Assembly: GCA_045648605.1 (NCBI GenBank)
Contig: JAZROG010000056.1
Coordinates: 2,392 to 66,391, forward strand
Origin: Eubacteriales bacterium
GTDB lineage: Bacteria > Bacillota > Clostridia > Oscillospirales > CAG-272
Length of the DNA stretch: 64,000 nucleotides
Reading direction: 5' to 3'
Part shown: positions 39,775 through 49,609 of the stretch, piece by piece
How the letters are laid out: each line of letters starts with the position of its first letter
How positions within the stretch are numbered: the first letter of the stretch is position 1
Notes under the pieces: generated by a model
Told to the model about the DNA's origin: nothing
Databases searched by the model: none
The model's input: the letters and a program-made list of their open reading frames with translations, nothing else
Made by a program: the position numbers and the translations under genes

Positions 39775-40536
39775 TCATTTGTATTTTACAAAATTGAGGT
39801 ACAAGCCCTCGGGCGGGGCTGTCATTCCCGCTCTCGTTCTGTCGCCGCTTTCGGTTATAGCGGGGATCTCATCGGGAGAAATCTTTCCTACAGCCACGGA
39901 AATGAGAGTTCCCGTCATTATCCTTACCATATTGTAGAGAAATCCGTCGCCTGCGACCTTGAAAATAATATTTTCTCCATCTCGGATCACATCTGTATAA
40001 AATACCGTCCTCACAGTGCTTTCCACAGGTGAGCCCTGCGCCATGTATGCTGAAAAATCGTGAGTGCCCTCAAAATGCTTTGCGGCTTTTTTCATTCCTT
40101 CAACGGCAGCATCGTCAATTTCTCTTGGGTAATGCCAGCATCTGTCGGAGAGAAAAGGATCTCTCTCGTGCGAGCATCTTATTTTGTAAATATATTCCTT
40201 ATATTCAACATCGTGTCTTGCGTGAAAATCCTCGCTTACCCATTTTGCCTCATATACCGCAATATCGGGCGGCAAAAAAGAATTTATCGCTCTCGGAAGT
40301 CTTTCCATTGGCAAGGTTGTATCTATGCTTTTCTCTCCGCGCTTGACTATTGTAGCGCAAAACATATTTGCGTGAACTCCGCTGTCTGTGCGGCTGCAGC
40401 CTGTGATATCACATTCAAATCCGAAGAGCTTTTCCGCAGCCTTTGTAAGCTCGCCCTGCACAGTTGGTGCATTTTTCTGCACCTGATATCCCGAATACGC
40501 GCTTCCGAGATATTTTATTTTAACAAATATCTTCAT
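39775..40536 (-). CDS. truA: tRNA pseudouridine(38-40) synthase
   Basis: MKIFVKIKYLGSAYSGYQVQ, GCSRTDSGVHA (catalytic Asp) and its position after ecfT. Confidence 0.92.
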   Translation of the reverse strand: MKIFVKIKYLGSAYSGYQVQKNAPTVQGELTKAAEKLFGFECDITGCSRTDSGVHANMFCATIVKRGEKSIDTTLPMERLPRAINSFLPPDIAVYEAKWVSEDFHARHDVEYKEYIYKIRCSHERDPFLSDRCWHYPREIDDAAVEGMKKAAKHFEGTHDFSAYMAQGSPVESTVRTVFYTDVIRDGENIIFKVAGDGFLYNMVRIMTGTLISVAVGKISPDEIPAITESGDRTRAGMTAPPEGLYLNFVKYK

Positions 40537-40537
40537 A

Positions 40538-41356
40538 TCACATCGAATATCCTATGCCCAAAATATTCAGCGCAACAAGAGAAGCACCAAACAAAGCCAT
40601 AAGGAATAGCCAAACAAAATCAGAAAATCTAAAGCGAAGAATACTCATTCTCGTTCTTCCCTCTCCTCCGTGGTAGCAACGACATTCCATTGCGGTTGCA
40701 AGCTCGTCTGCACGTCTGAATGAGGAAACAAACAGAGGAATAAGGATCGGTATAAGTGCCTTTGCGCGCTTCATAAGGCTTCCGCTTGTAAAATCCGCTC
40801 CTCTTGCCTTCTGCGCCGACATGATTTTATCCGTTTCATCGATCAGTGTCGGAATAAAGCGGAGAGCTATGGTCATCATCATTGCAAATTCATGAACAGG
40901 GATCTTTATCTTTTTGAGCGGTGCAAAAAGCTGCTCGATTGCATCGGTAAGCGCAATGGGGGTTGTTGTATAGGTGAGGAAAAGGCTTGCCCCAACTATC
41001 AGCACAAAAATGCGAAGCACCATAAACACCGCATTCATCACACCCTCAAGATAAATATGGATAAAACGCCATTCAAAAAGAACCGTTTCACCGCTTGTCC
41101 AGAAAATATTGATAACAACAGTAAAGGCAAGTATAAACAGTATCGGTTTTATTGACTTCATTATAAGTCCCATGGGTATTCTGCTGATAAGTATCAGCAC
41201 GATTGCCGATAGGAATAGCAATACAAAGCTTAAAATATTACTGCAAAGGAACGAGCAGATTATATAGAGAAACGAGAGAATGAGCTTCATTCTCGGGTCT
41301 GCTCTGTGAACTGCCGAATTCCCGGGGTAATACTGTCCAAGTGAAATGTTTTTCAT
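40538..41356 (-). CDS. ecfT: Energy-coupling factor transporter transmembrane component
   Basis: 272 aa with the CbiQ-type pattern (HRADPRMKL, ARGADF). It follows two ECF ATPases. Confidence 0.9.
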   Translation of the reverse strand: MKNISLGQYYPGNSAVHRADPRMKLILSFLYIICSFLCSNILSFVLLFLSAIVLILISRIPMGLIMKSIKPILFILAFTVVINIFWTSGETVLFEWRFIHIYLEGVMNAVFMVLRIFVLIVGASLFLTYTTTPIALTDAIEQLFAPLKKIKIPVHEFAMMMTIALRFIPTLIDETDKIMSAQKARGADFTSGSLMKRAKALIPILIPLFVSSFRRADELATAMECRCYHGGEGRTRMSILRFRFSDFVWLFLMALFGASLVALNILGIGYSM

Positions 41357-41368
41357 TTTTTTCCAATC

Positions 41369-42214
41369 TTAAAGAAGTTTATATATTTCATTCAGCGCAT
41401 CGTCAACGGTATATACCGAATCGGATACGGAAATGCCCATTTTCGAAAGTAGATTCATCATCTTCGTTATCTGCGGAACATCAAGACCAACCGCCGTAAG
41501 CTCATCGCTTCTGCAAAAGACCTCTTCCTTTTTACCCGACATAAGAAGCCTTCCCGAGGATAGCACGATAAGCTCATCGCAGTATTTTGCCATGTCCTCC
41601 ATGCTGTGGCTGACGATAACGATGGTAGCACCTGTTCTTTTTTTATAATTCATGATGCTTTTCATTATCATTTCCCTGCCCGCGGGGTCAAGTCCCGCCG
41701 CAGGCTCGTCAAGAACGAGTACCTCGGGGCGCATTGCGATGATGCCCGCAATGGCGGCTCTTCTTTTCTGACCGCCCGAAAGGTCAAATGGGGATTTTTC
41801 AAGAAGATCGTGAGGAAGTCCAACAAAATCAGCCGCCTCAATAACCCTTTCTTCTATCTCCCTTTCATCGATCCCCATATTTTTAGGGCCAAATGCTATA
41901 TCCGCTCTTATGGTTTCCTCAAAAAGCTGATATTCGGGATACTGCATAACAAGTCCGACTCTTGCTCTTATTTTTCCTATTTCCTTGGGCTTTTCCCAAA
42001 TGTCCTCTCCATCGAGAAGCACCTTGCCAAAAGAGGGCTTCACAAGTCCGTTGAGCATCTGCACAAGGGTTGATTTTCCCGAGCCCGTGTGACCGATTAT
42101 TCCCGTCACAGAGCCGCTTTTGATGCAAAGGTTTATATCGTCAAGAGCGCTTATTTCATATGGTGTTCCCTCGCTGTAAACATAGGAAACATTTTCGAGT
42201 TTAATTTCAGCCAT
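41369..42214 (-). CDS. ecfA2: Energy-coupling factor transporter ATPase (second)
   Basis: Walker A GHTGSGKST, signature LSGGQKRR and Walker B LVLDEP. Confidence 0.9.
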   Translation of the reverse strand: MAEIKLENVSYVYSEGTPYEISALDDINLCIKSGSVTGIIGHTGSGKSTLVQMLNGLVKPSFGKVLLDGEDIWEKPKEIGKIRARVGLVMQYPEYQLFEETIRADIAFGPKNMGIDEREIEERVIEAADFVGLPHDLLEKSPFDLSGGQKRRAAIAGIIAMRPEVLVLDEPAAGLDPAGREMIMKSIMNYKKRTGATIVIVSHSMEDMAKYCDELIVLSSGRLLMSGKKEEVFCRSDELTAVGLDVPQITKMMNLLSKMGISVSDSVYTVDDALNEIYKLL

Positions 42215-43088
42215 TTTTCTTGCCTCCTATAAAGTCAGCAATAAGAGATGCGCACTTTTCGGGAGTAGTGCACTCGCCATCAATCTTATATCCCTTGCGG
42301 CGAAGCTCCTGGATGAGTGCAGTACACTGAGGAACCTCAAGCCCCGCAAGCTCAAGCTTATAATGCTCACCGAAAATCTCCTCTGGAGTTCCGTCCATAT
42401 ATACTTTGCCGTCATTTAAAACTATAACCCTATCCGCTCTGACAGCCTCGTTCATATGATGGGTGATATTTATAACGGTTATTCCCTTTTCACGTCTGAG
42501 CATATCGATGGTGTCCATGACCTCGCGGCGACCGATTGGATCGAGCATTGCCGTGGATTCGTCAAAGATCATGCAAAGCGGCATCATTGCGATTATTCCC
42601 GCAATGGCAACCCTCTGCTTCTGACCGCCCGAAAGTCTGTGAGGCTCGTGCCTTGCATATTCGGTCATCCCAACGATCGAAAGAGCCTCATCAACTCTTT
42701 TTCTTATCTCATCCGAGGGGATTCCGAGATTTTCGGGGCCAAAGGCAACATCCTCCTCAACGATGGTCGCAACAAGCTGATTATCGGGATTCTGAAAGAC
42801 CATTCCGACCTTTCTTCTGATATCATAGATATCCTTTTCAGTCATATTATCGCTCGTTATATCAACTCCGTCAATATAAATCTTGCCCGAATCGGGGGTA
42901 AGGATCATATTGAGAAGCTTGGCAAGGGTGGATTTTCCCGAGCCGTTATGTCCGAGAACAGCAACATATTCACCTTTTTTTATTTCAAGAGAAACACCGC
43001 CGAGAACCTGCATTCTCTTGCCGTCTTCCTCCTCATAAGAAGCATAAAGCTCCTCGGTTTTTATAAAAATCTCATTCATTTCATCCAT
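42207..43088 (-). CDS. ecfA1: Energy-coupling factor transporter ATPase (first)
   Basis: Walker A GHNGSGKST, signature LSGGQKQR and Walker B MIFDES. Confidence 0.9.
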   Translation of the reverse strand: MDEMNEIFIKTEELYASYEEEDGKRMQVLGGVSLEIKKGEYVAVLGHNGSGKSTLAKLLNMILTPDSGKIYIDGVDITSDNMTEKDIYDIRRKVGMVFQNPDNQLVATIVEEDVAFGPENLGIPSDEIRKRVDEALSIVGMTEYARHEPHRLSGGQKQRVAIAGIIAMMPLCMIFDESTAMLDPIGRREVMDTIDMLRREKGITVINITHHMNEAVRADRVIVLNDGKVYMDGTPEEIFGEHYKLELAGLEVPQCTALIQELRRKGYKIDGECTTPEKCASLIADFIGGKKNG

Positions 43089-43966
43089 TATTTTTCATCT
43101 GCTCCGTAAGATTGCCAGCGAGCGCTTGCACCGCAGGGTAAAAATCCTCCCGTTTGTGTAACATGAAGGCCAAGCTCACCAACCTCTGTTCTGCCTCCGA
43201 AGCGCTCTGCAACACGCATATCTATTATGTATTTCATAGTCAAGGGTGAAAGTCCTGTGGTATATGAATTTATCAGGAAAAACAACGGCTTATCGGAAAG
43301 CACCTCTGAAACAAGAGAAACAAATTCATCAACACTGTCCTCTATCTTCCAAACCTCTCCTCCGGGGCCTCTTCCATATGACGGAGGGTCCATTATGATA
43401 CCGTCATACTTATTTCCTCGTCTTATTTCGCGCTCAACGAACTTTTTGCAATCGTCAACGATATATCTGATGGGCGCATCCTCAAGACCCGAAAGCTTAG
43501 CATTTTCTTTAGCCTGTGCCACCATTCCCTTTGCCGCATCAACATGGCAAACGGATGCTCCTGCCTTTGCAGCCGCAACCGTTGCACCGCCTGTATAAGC
43601 AAAAAGATTAAGCACCTTTATAGGTCTGCCGGCGTTCTTTATGAGAGAGGAAAACCAATCCCAATTTGCCGCCTGCTCGGGGAAAAGTCCCGTATGCTTA
43701 AAGCCCATGGGACGAAGAACAAAGCCAAGCTCGCCGTATTTTATATTCCACTGCTCGCTCATTGTGTTCTTTATCCAGCCACCGCCGCCGCTATTTGACC
43801 TGCGGTAAATTCCATCTGCCTTTTTCCATGCAGGATGCTTTTTTACACCCTTCCAAATTATCTGTGGGTCGGGTCTTATCAGTATATATTTTCCCCATCT
43901 TTCAAGTCTCTCACCATCCGAGGTGTCGAGAAGCTCATAATCCTTCCAATTTTCGGAAAACCACAT
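43088..43966 (-). CDS. Class I SAM-dependent (rRNA large-subunit type) methyltransferase
   Basis: 292 aa with the SAM motif VLNLFAYTGGATVAAA and DPPSYGRG, typical of the RlmI/RlmK/YwbD-like group. Confidence 0.75.
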   Translation of the reverse strand: MWFSENWKDYELLDTSDGERLERWGKYILIRPDPQIIWKGVKKHPAWKKADGIYRRSNSGGGGWIKNTMSEQWNIKYGELGFVLRPMGFKHTGLFPEQAANWDWFSSLIKNAGRPIKVLNLFAYTGGATVAAAKAGASVCHVDAAKGMVAQAKENAKLSGLEDAPIRYIVDDCKKFVEREIRRGNKYDGIIMDPPSYGRGPGGEVWKIEDSVDEFVSLVSEVLSDKPLFFLINSYTTGLSPLTMKYIIDMRVAERFGGRTEVGELGLHVTQTGGFLPCGASARWQSYGADEK

Positions 43967-43981
43967 ATATGCATCTGCTCC

Positions 43982-44479
43982 TTATTTGTTATAATATTCC
44001 GCAAGCCTTGAAGCACCGCTGTGACCATGGCAAATGGCAATGGCAAGCGCATCTGCCGTGTCATCGGGCTTTGGCGGCTCGGCAAGTCCCAAAAGCATCG
44101 TGACCATGGTTATGACCTGCTTTTTTTCTGCTCTTCCATAGCCGACAACTGCTTGCTTTACCTGCAGGGGTGTATATTCAAAGATTCCCATATGCGCTTG
44201 CTCGCATATGAGAAGTATCACCCCTCTCGCTTCACTTACCCTTATGCCCGTTGTGGTATTGGTATTGAAGAAAAGCTCCTCAATTGCCACCTGCTCGGGG
44301 CGGTATTTCTTGATTATCACAGCAAGGTCATCATATATCTTTTTGAGACGCTGCTGTGTGTTCATTTCCTTTGGAGTTGTAATTGCGCCGTAACCGAGGG
44401 TCTTGAATCTTGCGTTTTTATATTCAACCACTCCCCAGCCCACTATCGCAAGCCCGGGGTCGATTCCCAAAATTACCAT
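43982..44479 (-). CDS. ruvC: Crossover junction endodeoxyribonuclease RuvC
   Basis: MVILGIDPGLAIVGWGVV and C-terminal DTADALAIAICH. The start is set at the second ATG (44479). Confidence 0.9.
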   Translation of the reverse strand: MVILGIDPGLAIVGWGVVEYKNARFKTLGYGAITTPKEMNTQQRLKKIYDDLAVIIKKYRPEQVAIEELFFNTNTTTGIRVSEARGVILLICEQAHMGIFEYTPLQVKQAVVGYGRAEKKQVITMVTMLLGLAEPPKPDDTADALAIAICHGHSGASRLAEYYNK

Positions 44480-44600
44480 TTTACACCTCCAAAACAATTT
44501 GCCAATCTATATTATACCACAATTGTTATTCAAAGTCAATTGTTTCAAAAATTTATTATATTAAATTTATATTAATATTTCAAAAAATCTTTTTTTGCGG

Positions 44601-44629
44601 TTTACAAATTGTGCATTTTATGTTATAAT
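44601..44629 (+). promoter_or_regulatory. Sigma-A type promoter for DUF951-yfhO(-ruvAB)
   Basis: TTTACA (44601-06), a 17-nt spacer, then TGT-TATAAT (44624-29). Confidence 0.6.
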
Positions 44630-44659
44630 GAGTATATATTGTCATTTTCGGAGGACGAA

Positions 44660-44869
44660 ATGAAGCCAAATATTATGAAATTTTCAGTTGACGATACGGT
44701 GGAGCTGAAGAAAAATCACCCGTGCGGCGGAAAGCTTTTTAAAATTCTGCGCGTAGGCAGTGATATCCGCATCGTTTGCGAGGGCTGCGGCAGAGACATG
44801 GTGCTTGATCGCTTAAAGCTCGAAAAATCTGTAAAAAAGCTCATAAAAGGAGAAGAAGATAATGGATAA
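44660..44869 (+). CDS. DUF951 family small protein
   Basis: 69 aa with VELKKNHPCGGKLFKILRVGSDIRIVCEGCGRDMVLDR. ATG 44660 follows GGAGGA. Confidence 0.75.
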   Translation: MKPNIMKFSVDDTVELKKNHPCGGKLFKILRVGSDIRIVCEGCGRDMVLDRLKLEKSVKKLIKGEEDNG

Positions 44870-47852
44870 CGAAATCAAACAGCTTGAGGACGTGGGCGAT
44901 GAAATAACCGTCTCTTTTGAAGAGATCTCAAGCGAAGAAGTCTCATGCGAAGAGACCGAAGAAAATTCAGAAGCGGCAACAGAGGTAAAGGAAAAGAAAT
45001 CTGCGCCTTCTCGGCTCATGAAAATCCTTAAAAGCCCTTATTTATACCTTTCGCTTTGTTTTATACTTCCCGTGGTCATTATGTATCTTATCTATCTTTC
45101 GAGAGAGATACATCCCTTTGGTGACGGCTCTGTTCTGGTTCTTGACCTTAACGGTCAGTATGTCTATTTCTTTGAAGCACTGCGCAATTTTGTAAGAGGC
45201 GATGCAAGTCTGCTCTATTCCTTCTCCCGCGCTCTCGGCGGCGAATTTATGGGAATCTATGCATACTATATTGCAAGCCCTCTTTCATATCTTGTCTGTC
45301 TTTTCCCAAAGGAAAGAATGCTTGAAGCACTCCTTGTCCTTTTCCTTCTGAAAACAGGCGGATGCGGACTTACATTTGGCTATTATCTGCACAAAACAAG
45401 CGAAAAGCTGAATAGAATCTCCATAATTTGCTTCTCTATGCTCTATGCCCTTTCCGCTTATTGCATAGTTCAGCAGCATAACACCATGTGGATCGACTGC
45501 GTTATGTGGCTTCCTCTCGTTGCGCTCGGTCTTGAAGAGCTGATAAAGAACAAAAAATACAAGATGTTCACCATATTCCTCGCACTCTCGATATTCAGCA
45601 ATTTCTATATCGGATATATGGTTTGCATTTTTGTTGCAGTATATTTCTTCTACTACTATTTTGCCGCAAAAAACAACAATCCCTTGAAGGAAAAGGCACA
45701 TTTTATCGCTTCCCTTTCAAGAACAGTGCTTTATTCCGCCCTTGCCTGCGGAATGGCGATGATAATAATTCTCACCGCTTACTATTCTCTTCAGTTTGGA
45801 AAAAGCGACTTTTCAAACCCCGATTTCACACCCTCGGTTAAGCTTGATTTCTTTGACCTTCTCACCAAATTCTTCCCCGGCTCATATGACACGGTGCGCC
45901 CGGAGGGATGGCCCTTCCTCTATTGCGGAGTTATCACACTTTTCCTTGTCCCCGTTTTCTTTGTTTCAAAGAAATTCTCAGCAAAAGAAAAGATTCTTGC
46001 GGGATGCCTTATCCTCTTCTTCGTTCTCAGCTTCTGCATGAGCACAACAGACCTTGTATGGCACGGATTCCAGCGCCCCAACTGGCTCAATTACAGATAC
46101 AGCTTTATGCTCATCTTTTTCCTGCTCGTGCTTGCTCACAAGGGATTTGACGCCATTGGCAGCGTTACATCAAAATTCTTTGTCGGCATTGCCGCCGCCC
46201 TTTCATTCTTCCTCATTCTCGTTCAGAAAATGGAGCTTGAAAACATGAAGGATTTTGAGGGCATCTGGCTTTCGCTCTTCTTTGTGGGACTCACTCTTGT
46301 TCTTCTATGTCTCATGAAAAAGGAAAATCTCAAAGAAAACATTTCCCTTATCATGATAATCTTCATTTGCCTTGAAACCTTCTGCAACGGTCTTTCAAAC
46401 TGCCTCGATCTTCATGACGATGTTTACTATTCAAAATACAGCTCATATAACAATTTTGTATCGGGACTTCAGCCGATAGTCGATGAGATCAAAGAGAATG
46501 ACACCTCGTTCTACCGCTTTGAAAAGACAAAGCACAGAAAAACCAACGACAATATGGCACTCGGCATAAGAGGTCTTTCAAATTCAACCTCAACTCTCAA
46601 CAAGGAAACCATAAGATTTCTTAACAGAATGGGATATGCTTCAAAATCCCACTGGTCAAAGTACCTTGGCGGAAATCCCGTAAATGACTCACTTCTCGGT
46701 ATTAAATATATCATCTCACAGGACGGTTGGGATAGATATTACGAGGAATTTTACAAGGAGGAGGAGGGATACACTGCTTATCTCAATCCCTATGCCCTTT
46801 CCATTGCCTACGGAGTTGATGAAAAAACGCTTTCCGTTGATATGGAAAAGGAAAAAACACCGCCTCTTCAGCTCAATGCACTCCTCAGCGCAATGATAGG
46901 CGAGGATGTTACGGTCTTTGTTCCCGTTGAGCACAGTGATTACAACCTTTACAACATGGAAGAAACATATGTTTCGGGACATTACAAATATTCTCCCCAG
47001 AATACAGCAACCGATGCTATAATCAACTACTATTTTGATGTTCCGAAATCGGATGTTGAATATTATTTCTATCTCCCAAGCGACTACCCACGCGAGGTAA
47101 AGCTCAAGGTTGACGGAATACCCATGGACACATTCTACGGCAATGAAACATCGAGAATAGTTACCGTCGGAACCAACTTCACAGAGGGTGATTCCATGAG
47201 AATAGGTCTTACCGTTGCTCAAAATGAGATCTATGTTCTCACAGACGTACCGATGCTTTACTATCTGGATATGGAGGCCTTTAAATACGCTATCGGCAAG
47301 CTTGCAGAAACTCAATACGATATCAAGGAGCACACCGAAAGCCACTTTATCGGAACGATAACCACATCCAAAGCCGCACAGACCATTCTCACAACAATCC
47401 CCTATGACGAGGGCTGGAATATCTATCTTGACGGTGAAAGGATCGAATATACAAAGACACTTAATGCTCTTATAACTTTCAATATTGAGAATGAAGGCGA
47501 GCATACACTTGAAATGCGCTATATGCCAAAGGCATTTGTACTTGGCGCAGCATGCAGTGTTGCCTGCACTGCCATTTTCATACTGCTTTGTCTCATCGAC
47601 CTTATAAGAAGAAAGATGAAAAAATCAAAAGCACTTGCCGCGAAGCCTATCACATCGGAGGAAGAAGCAGAGCTTATTCCCGATTGTGAGGTCATAGAAA
47701 TACCCGAAACTCCCGAAAAAGAAAAGGAGGAGCAAGCGGAAAAGCAAACAGCGGAAGAAACAGAAGAAACAAAAAAAGAACAAAAAGAAGCACCCAAGAC
47801 AGAGCAAAAAAAGAAGAAGAATAATAATAAAAACAAAAAGAAAAAGAAATAG
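44862..47852 (+). CDS. yfhO: YfhO family polytopic membrane protein (glycosyltransferase-like) with a Lys/Glu-rich C-terminal tail
   Basis: 996 aa with more than 12 TM segments in the N-terminal 500 aa and a large extracytoplasmic C-domain. An 8-nt overlap with DUF951. The tail ends KKKKNNNKNKKKKK. Confidence 0.75.
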   Translation: MDNEIKQLEDVGDEITVSFEEISSEEVSCEETEENSEAATEVKEKKSAPSRLMKILKSPYLYLSLCFILPVVIMYLIYLSREIHPFGDGSVLVLDLNGQYVYFFEALRNFVRGDASLLYSFSRALGGEFMGIYAYYIASPLSYLVCLFPKERMLEALLVLFLLKTGGCGLTFGYYLHKTSEKLNRISIICFSMLYALSAYCIVQQHNTMWIDCVMWLPLVALGLEELIKNKKYKMFTIFLALSIFSNFYIGYMVCIFVAVYFFYYYFAAKNNNPLKEKAHFIASLSRTVLYSALACGMAMIIILTAYYSLQFGKSDFSNPDFTPSVKLDFFDLLTKFFPGSYDTVRPEGWPFLYCGVITLFLVPVFFVSKKFSAKEKILAGCLILFFVLSFCMSTTDLVWHGFQRPNWLNYRYSFMLIFFLLVLAHKGFDAIGSVTSKFFVGIAAALSFFLILVQKMELENMKDFEGIWLSLFFVGLTLVLLCLMKKENLKENISLIMIIFICLETFCNGLSNCLDLHDDVYYSKYSSYNNFVSGLQPIVDEIKENDTSFYRFEKTKHRKTNDNMALGIRGLSNSTSTLNKETIRFLNRMGYASKSHWSKYLGGNPVNDSLLGIKYIISQDGWDRYYEEFYKEEEGYTAYLNPYALSIAYGVDEKTLSVDMEKEKTPPLQLNALLSAMIGEDVTVFVPVEHSDYNLYNMEETYVSGHYKYSPQNTATDAIINYYFDVPKSDVEYYFYLPSDYPREVKLKVDGIPMDTFYGNETSRIVTVGTNFTEGDSMRIGLTVAQNEIYVLTDVPMLYYLDMEAFKYAIGKLAETQYDIKEHTESHFIGTITTSKAAQTILTTIPYDEGWNIYLDGERIEYTKTLNALITFNIENEGEHTLEMRYMPKAFVLGAACSVACTAIFILLCLIDLIRRKMKKSKALAAKPITSEEEAELIPDCEVIEIPETPEKEKEEQAEKQTAEETEETKKEQKEAPKTEQKKKKNNNKNKKKKK

Positions 47853-47863
47853 AGGAAAAATAA

Positions 47864-48496
47864 ATGTATTATTATATCAGCGGAAAGCTGACTATTCTTG
47901 AAAGCAATGTTGCTGTTATCGATGCGGGCGGTGTTGGATACAAGCTGACTGTCAGCGGAACGACCCACGATTCACTCCCCACCCCAAAATCCAACGCAGA
48001 TGAAGCACCAACCGTCAGACTTTATACCTATCTTGCGGTGCGCGAGGATGATATGGAGCTTTTTGGCTTCTATTCAAACGAGGAGCTTTCCGCATTCAAG
48101 CTGCTGATATCGGTTTCCGGTGTCGGCCCCAAAGCGGCAATGGCGATTCTCACATTGCTTACCCCCGAAAAATTCGCCCTCGCGGTCTGCTCCGAGGATA
48201 CAAAAACACTCTCAAAAGCAAGCGGTGTAGGAGCAAAGACCGCCGCAAGAGTTGTTCTTGAGCTTAAGGACAAGCTCTCAAAGGAAAATGCAAGCGCTGT
48301 TTCGGGCGGTGGCTCCCAGAGTCACATTTCCATATCAACCGAAGCACCGAAGAACCGTCTTTCCGAGGCACAGGATGCTCTTGTTGTACTTGGCTATTCA
48401 AGAAGCGAGGCAGTTTCTGTTCTTAAAACCATCGACACTGCGGGCCTTGAGCTTGAGGATATAATCAGACTTGCACTCAAAAAACTGATGAAATAA
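47864..48496 (+). CDS. ruvA: Holliday junction branch migration complex subunit RuvA
   Basis: MYYYISGKL, GGVGYKLTVS and the HhH motif LLISVSGVGPKAAMAIL. Confidence 0.92.
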   Translation: MYYYISGKLTILESNVAVIDAGGVGYKLTVSGTTHDSLPTPKSNADEAPTVRLYTYLAVREDDMELFGFYSNEELSAFKLLISVSGVGPKAAMAILTLLTPEKFALAVCSEDTKTLSKASGVGAKTAARVVLELKDKLSKENASAVSGGGSQSHISISTEAPKNRLSEAQDALVVLGYSRSEAVSVLKTIDTAGLELEDIIRLALKKLMK

Positions 48497-48515
48497 GAAA
48501 TAAAAGGAGACTTTT

Positions 48516-49598
48516 ATGTTCGATTCCGATAACGAATTTGATTTTGAAAACCGCCTTATGGCAACCTCTGCCTCCCCCGAGGACGGAGAAAACGCGCCCG
48601 ACAGCGAAAATTCTCTGCGTCCAAAGGAGCTTGGCGATTATATCGGTCAGGAAAAGGCAAAGGAAAATCTTAAAATATATATCGAAGCTGCAAAGGTGCG
48701 CGGAGATTCACTTGACCATGTTCTTCTCTATGGCCCTCCCGGTCTCGGTAAAACCACCCTTTCGGGAATTATAGCAAACGAAATGGGGGTAAATATGCGC
48801 GTTACAAGCGGCCCTGCCATCGAAAAGCAGGGGGACCTTGCCGCGCTCCTCACCAATCTGAATGAGGGTGATGTTCTCTTTATCGACGAGATCCACCGAC
48901 TTTCAAGAAACGTTGAGGAGATCCTTTACCCCGCAATGGAGGATTTTGCCCTTGATATCATCATCGGAAAGGGCCCTGCCGCCAGAAGCATTCGCATTGA
49001 CCTTCCCAAATTCACGCTTATTGGCGCAACAACAAGAGCAGGTCAGCTTTCAACCCCTCTCCGCGACCGTTTCGGTGTTGTGCTTAAGCTTGAGCTTTAT
49101 ACCCCCGAAGAGCTTGCGCTCATTGTAAAGAGAAGCGCATCTATTCTTGAAATGGAGATAACCGATGACGGTGCTTATGAGATAGCCTCCCGCTCAAGAG
49201 GTACTCCCCGTATTGCAAACAGACTTCTTAAAAGAGTACGCGACTTTGCGCAGGTAAAGGGCAGCGGAAAAATAGACTCAAAAATTTCAAATTACGCCCT
49301 CGGAAAGCTTGAAATCGACGAGCTTGGACTTGACAATACCGACAGAAAGATGCTTGAAACCATTATTAAATTCTATGACGGCGGTCCTGTGGGTCTTGAA
49401 ACGCTTGCTGCAACGGTGGGTGAGGAGGCAATAACTCTTGAAGATGTTTACGAGCCTTATCTTATGCAGATAGGCTATCTCAGCCGCACACCCCGCGGAA
49501 GAGTTGTTACACGAATGGCATATGAGCATCTTGGTATTCCCTTTCCCATCTCAAAGCAGCAAAACGCTCCGGCCGATCAGACAACATTTAATTTTTAA
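48516..49598 (+). CDS. ruvB: Holliday junction branch migration DNA helicase RuvB
   Basis: [19 protein letters not shown], Walker [11 protein letters not shown] and Walker [10 protein letters not shown]. Confidence 0.95.
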   Translation: MFDSDNEFDFENRLMATSASPEDGENAPDSENSLRPKELGDYIGQEKAKENLKIYIEAAKVRGDSLDHVLLYGPPGLGKTTLSGIIANEMGVNMRVTSGPAIEKQGDLAALLTNLNEGDVLFIDEIHRLSRNVEEILYPAMEDFALDIIIGKGPAARSIRIDLPKFTLIGATTRAGQLSTPLRDRFGVVLKLELYTPEELALIVKRSASILEMEITDDGAYEIASRSRGTPRIANRLLKRVRDFAQVKGSGKIDSKISNYALGKLEIDELGLDNTDRKMLETIIKFYDGGPVGLETLAATVGEEAITLEDVYEPYLMQIGYLSRTPRGRVVTRMAYEHLGIPFPISKQQNAPADQTTFNF

Positions 49599-49609
49599 CG
49601 GGGAATTTT

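Noticed and set aside
44498-44600. Recurring CAATTG / ACAATTGT mini-palindromes in the ruvC/DUF951 intergenic region.
   Set aside because: These are short 6-8 bp AT-rich palindromes with no consistent spacing or extended arms, which is expected in AT-rich DNA. No SOS box (GAAC-N4-GTTC) is present.
47690-47852. The Lys/Glu/Asn-rich low-complexity C-terminal tail of YfhO, including long A-runs, as a possible slippage or phase-variation tract.
   Set aside because: The frame is intact through to the stop and the tract lies after the last TM and ecto-domain. There is no evidence of length heterogeneity in a single sequence.
47519-47968. A 149-aa minus-strand ORF with poly-F/L/S repeats spanning the yfhO 3' end and the ruvA start.
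   Set aside because: It is the reverse complement of the Lys/Glu-rich, A/G-rich tail of yfhO. It is a compositional artefact.
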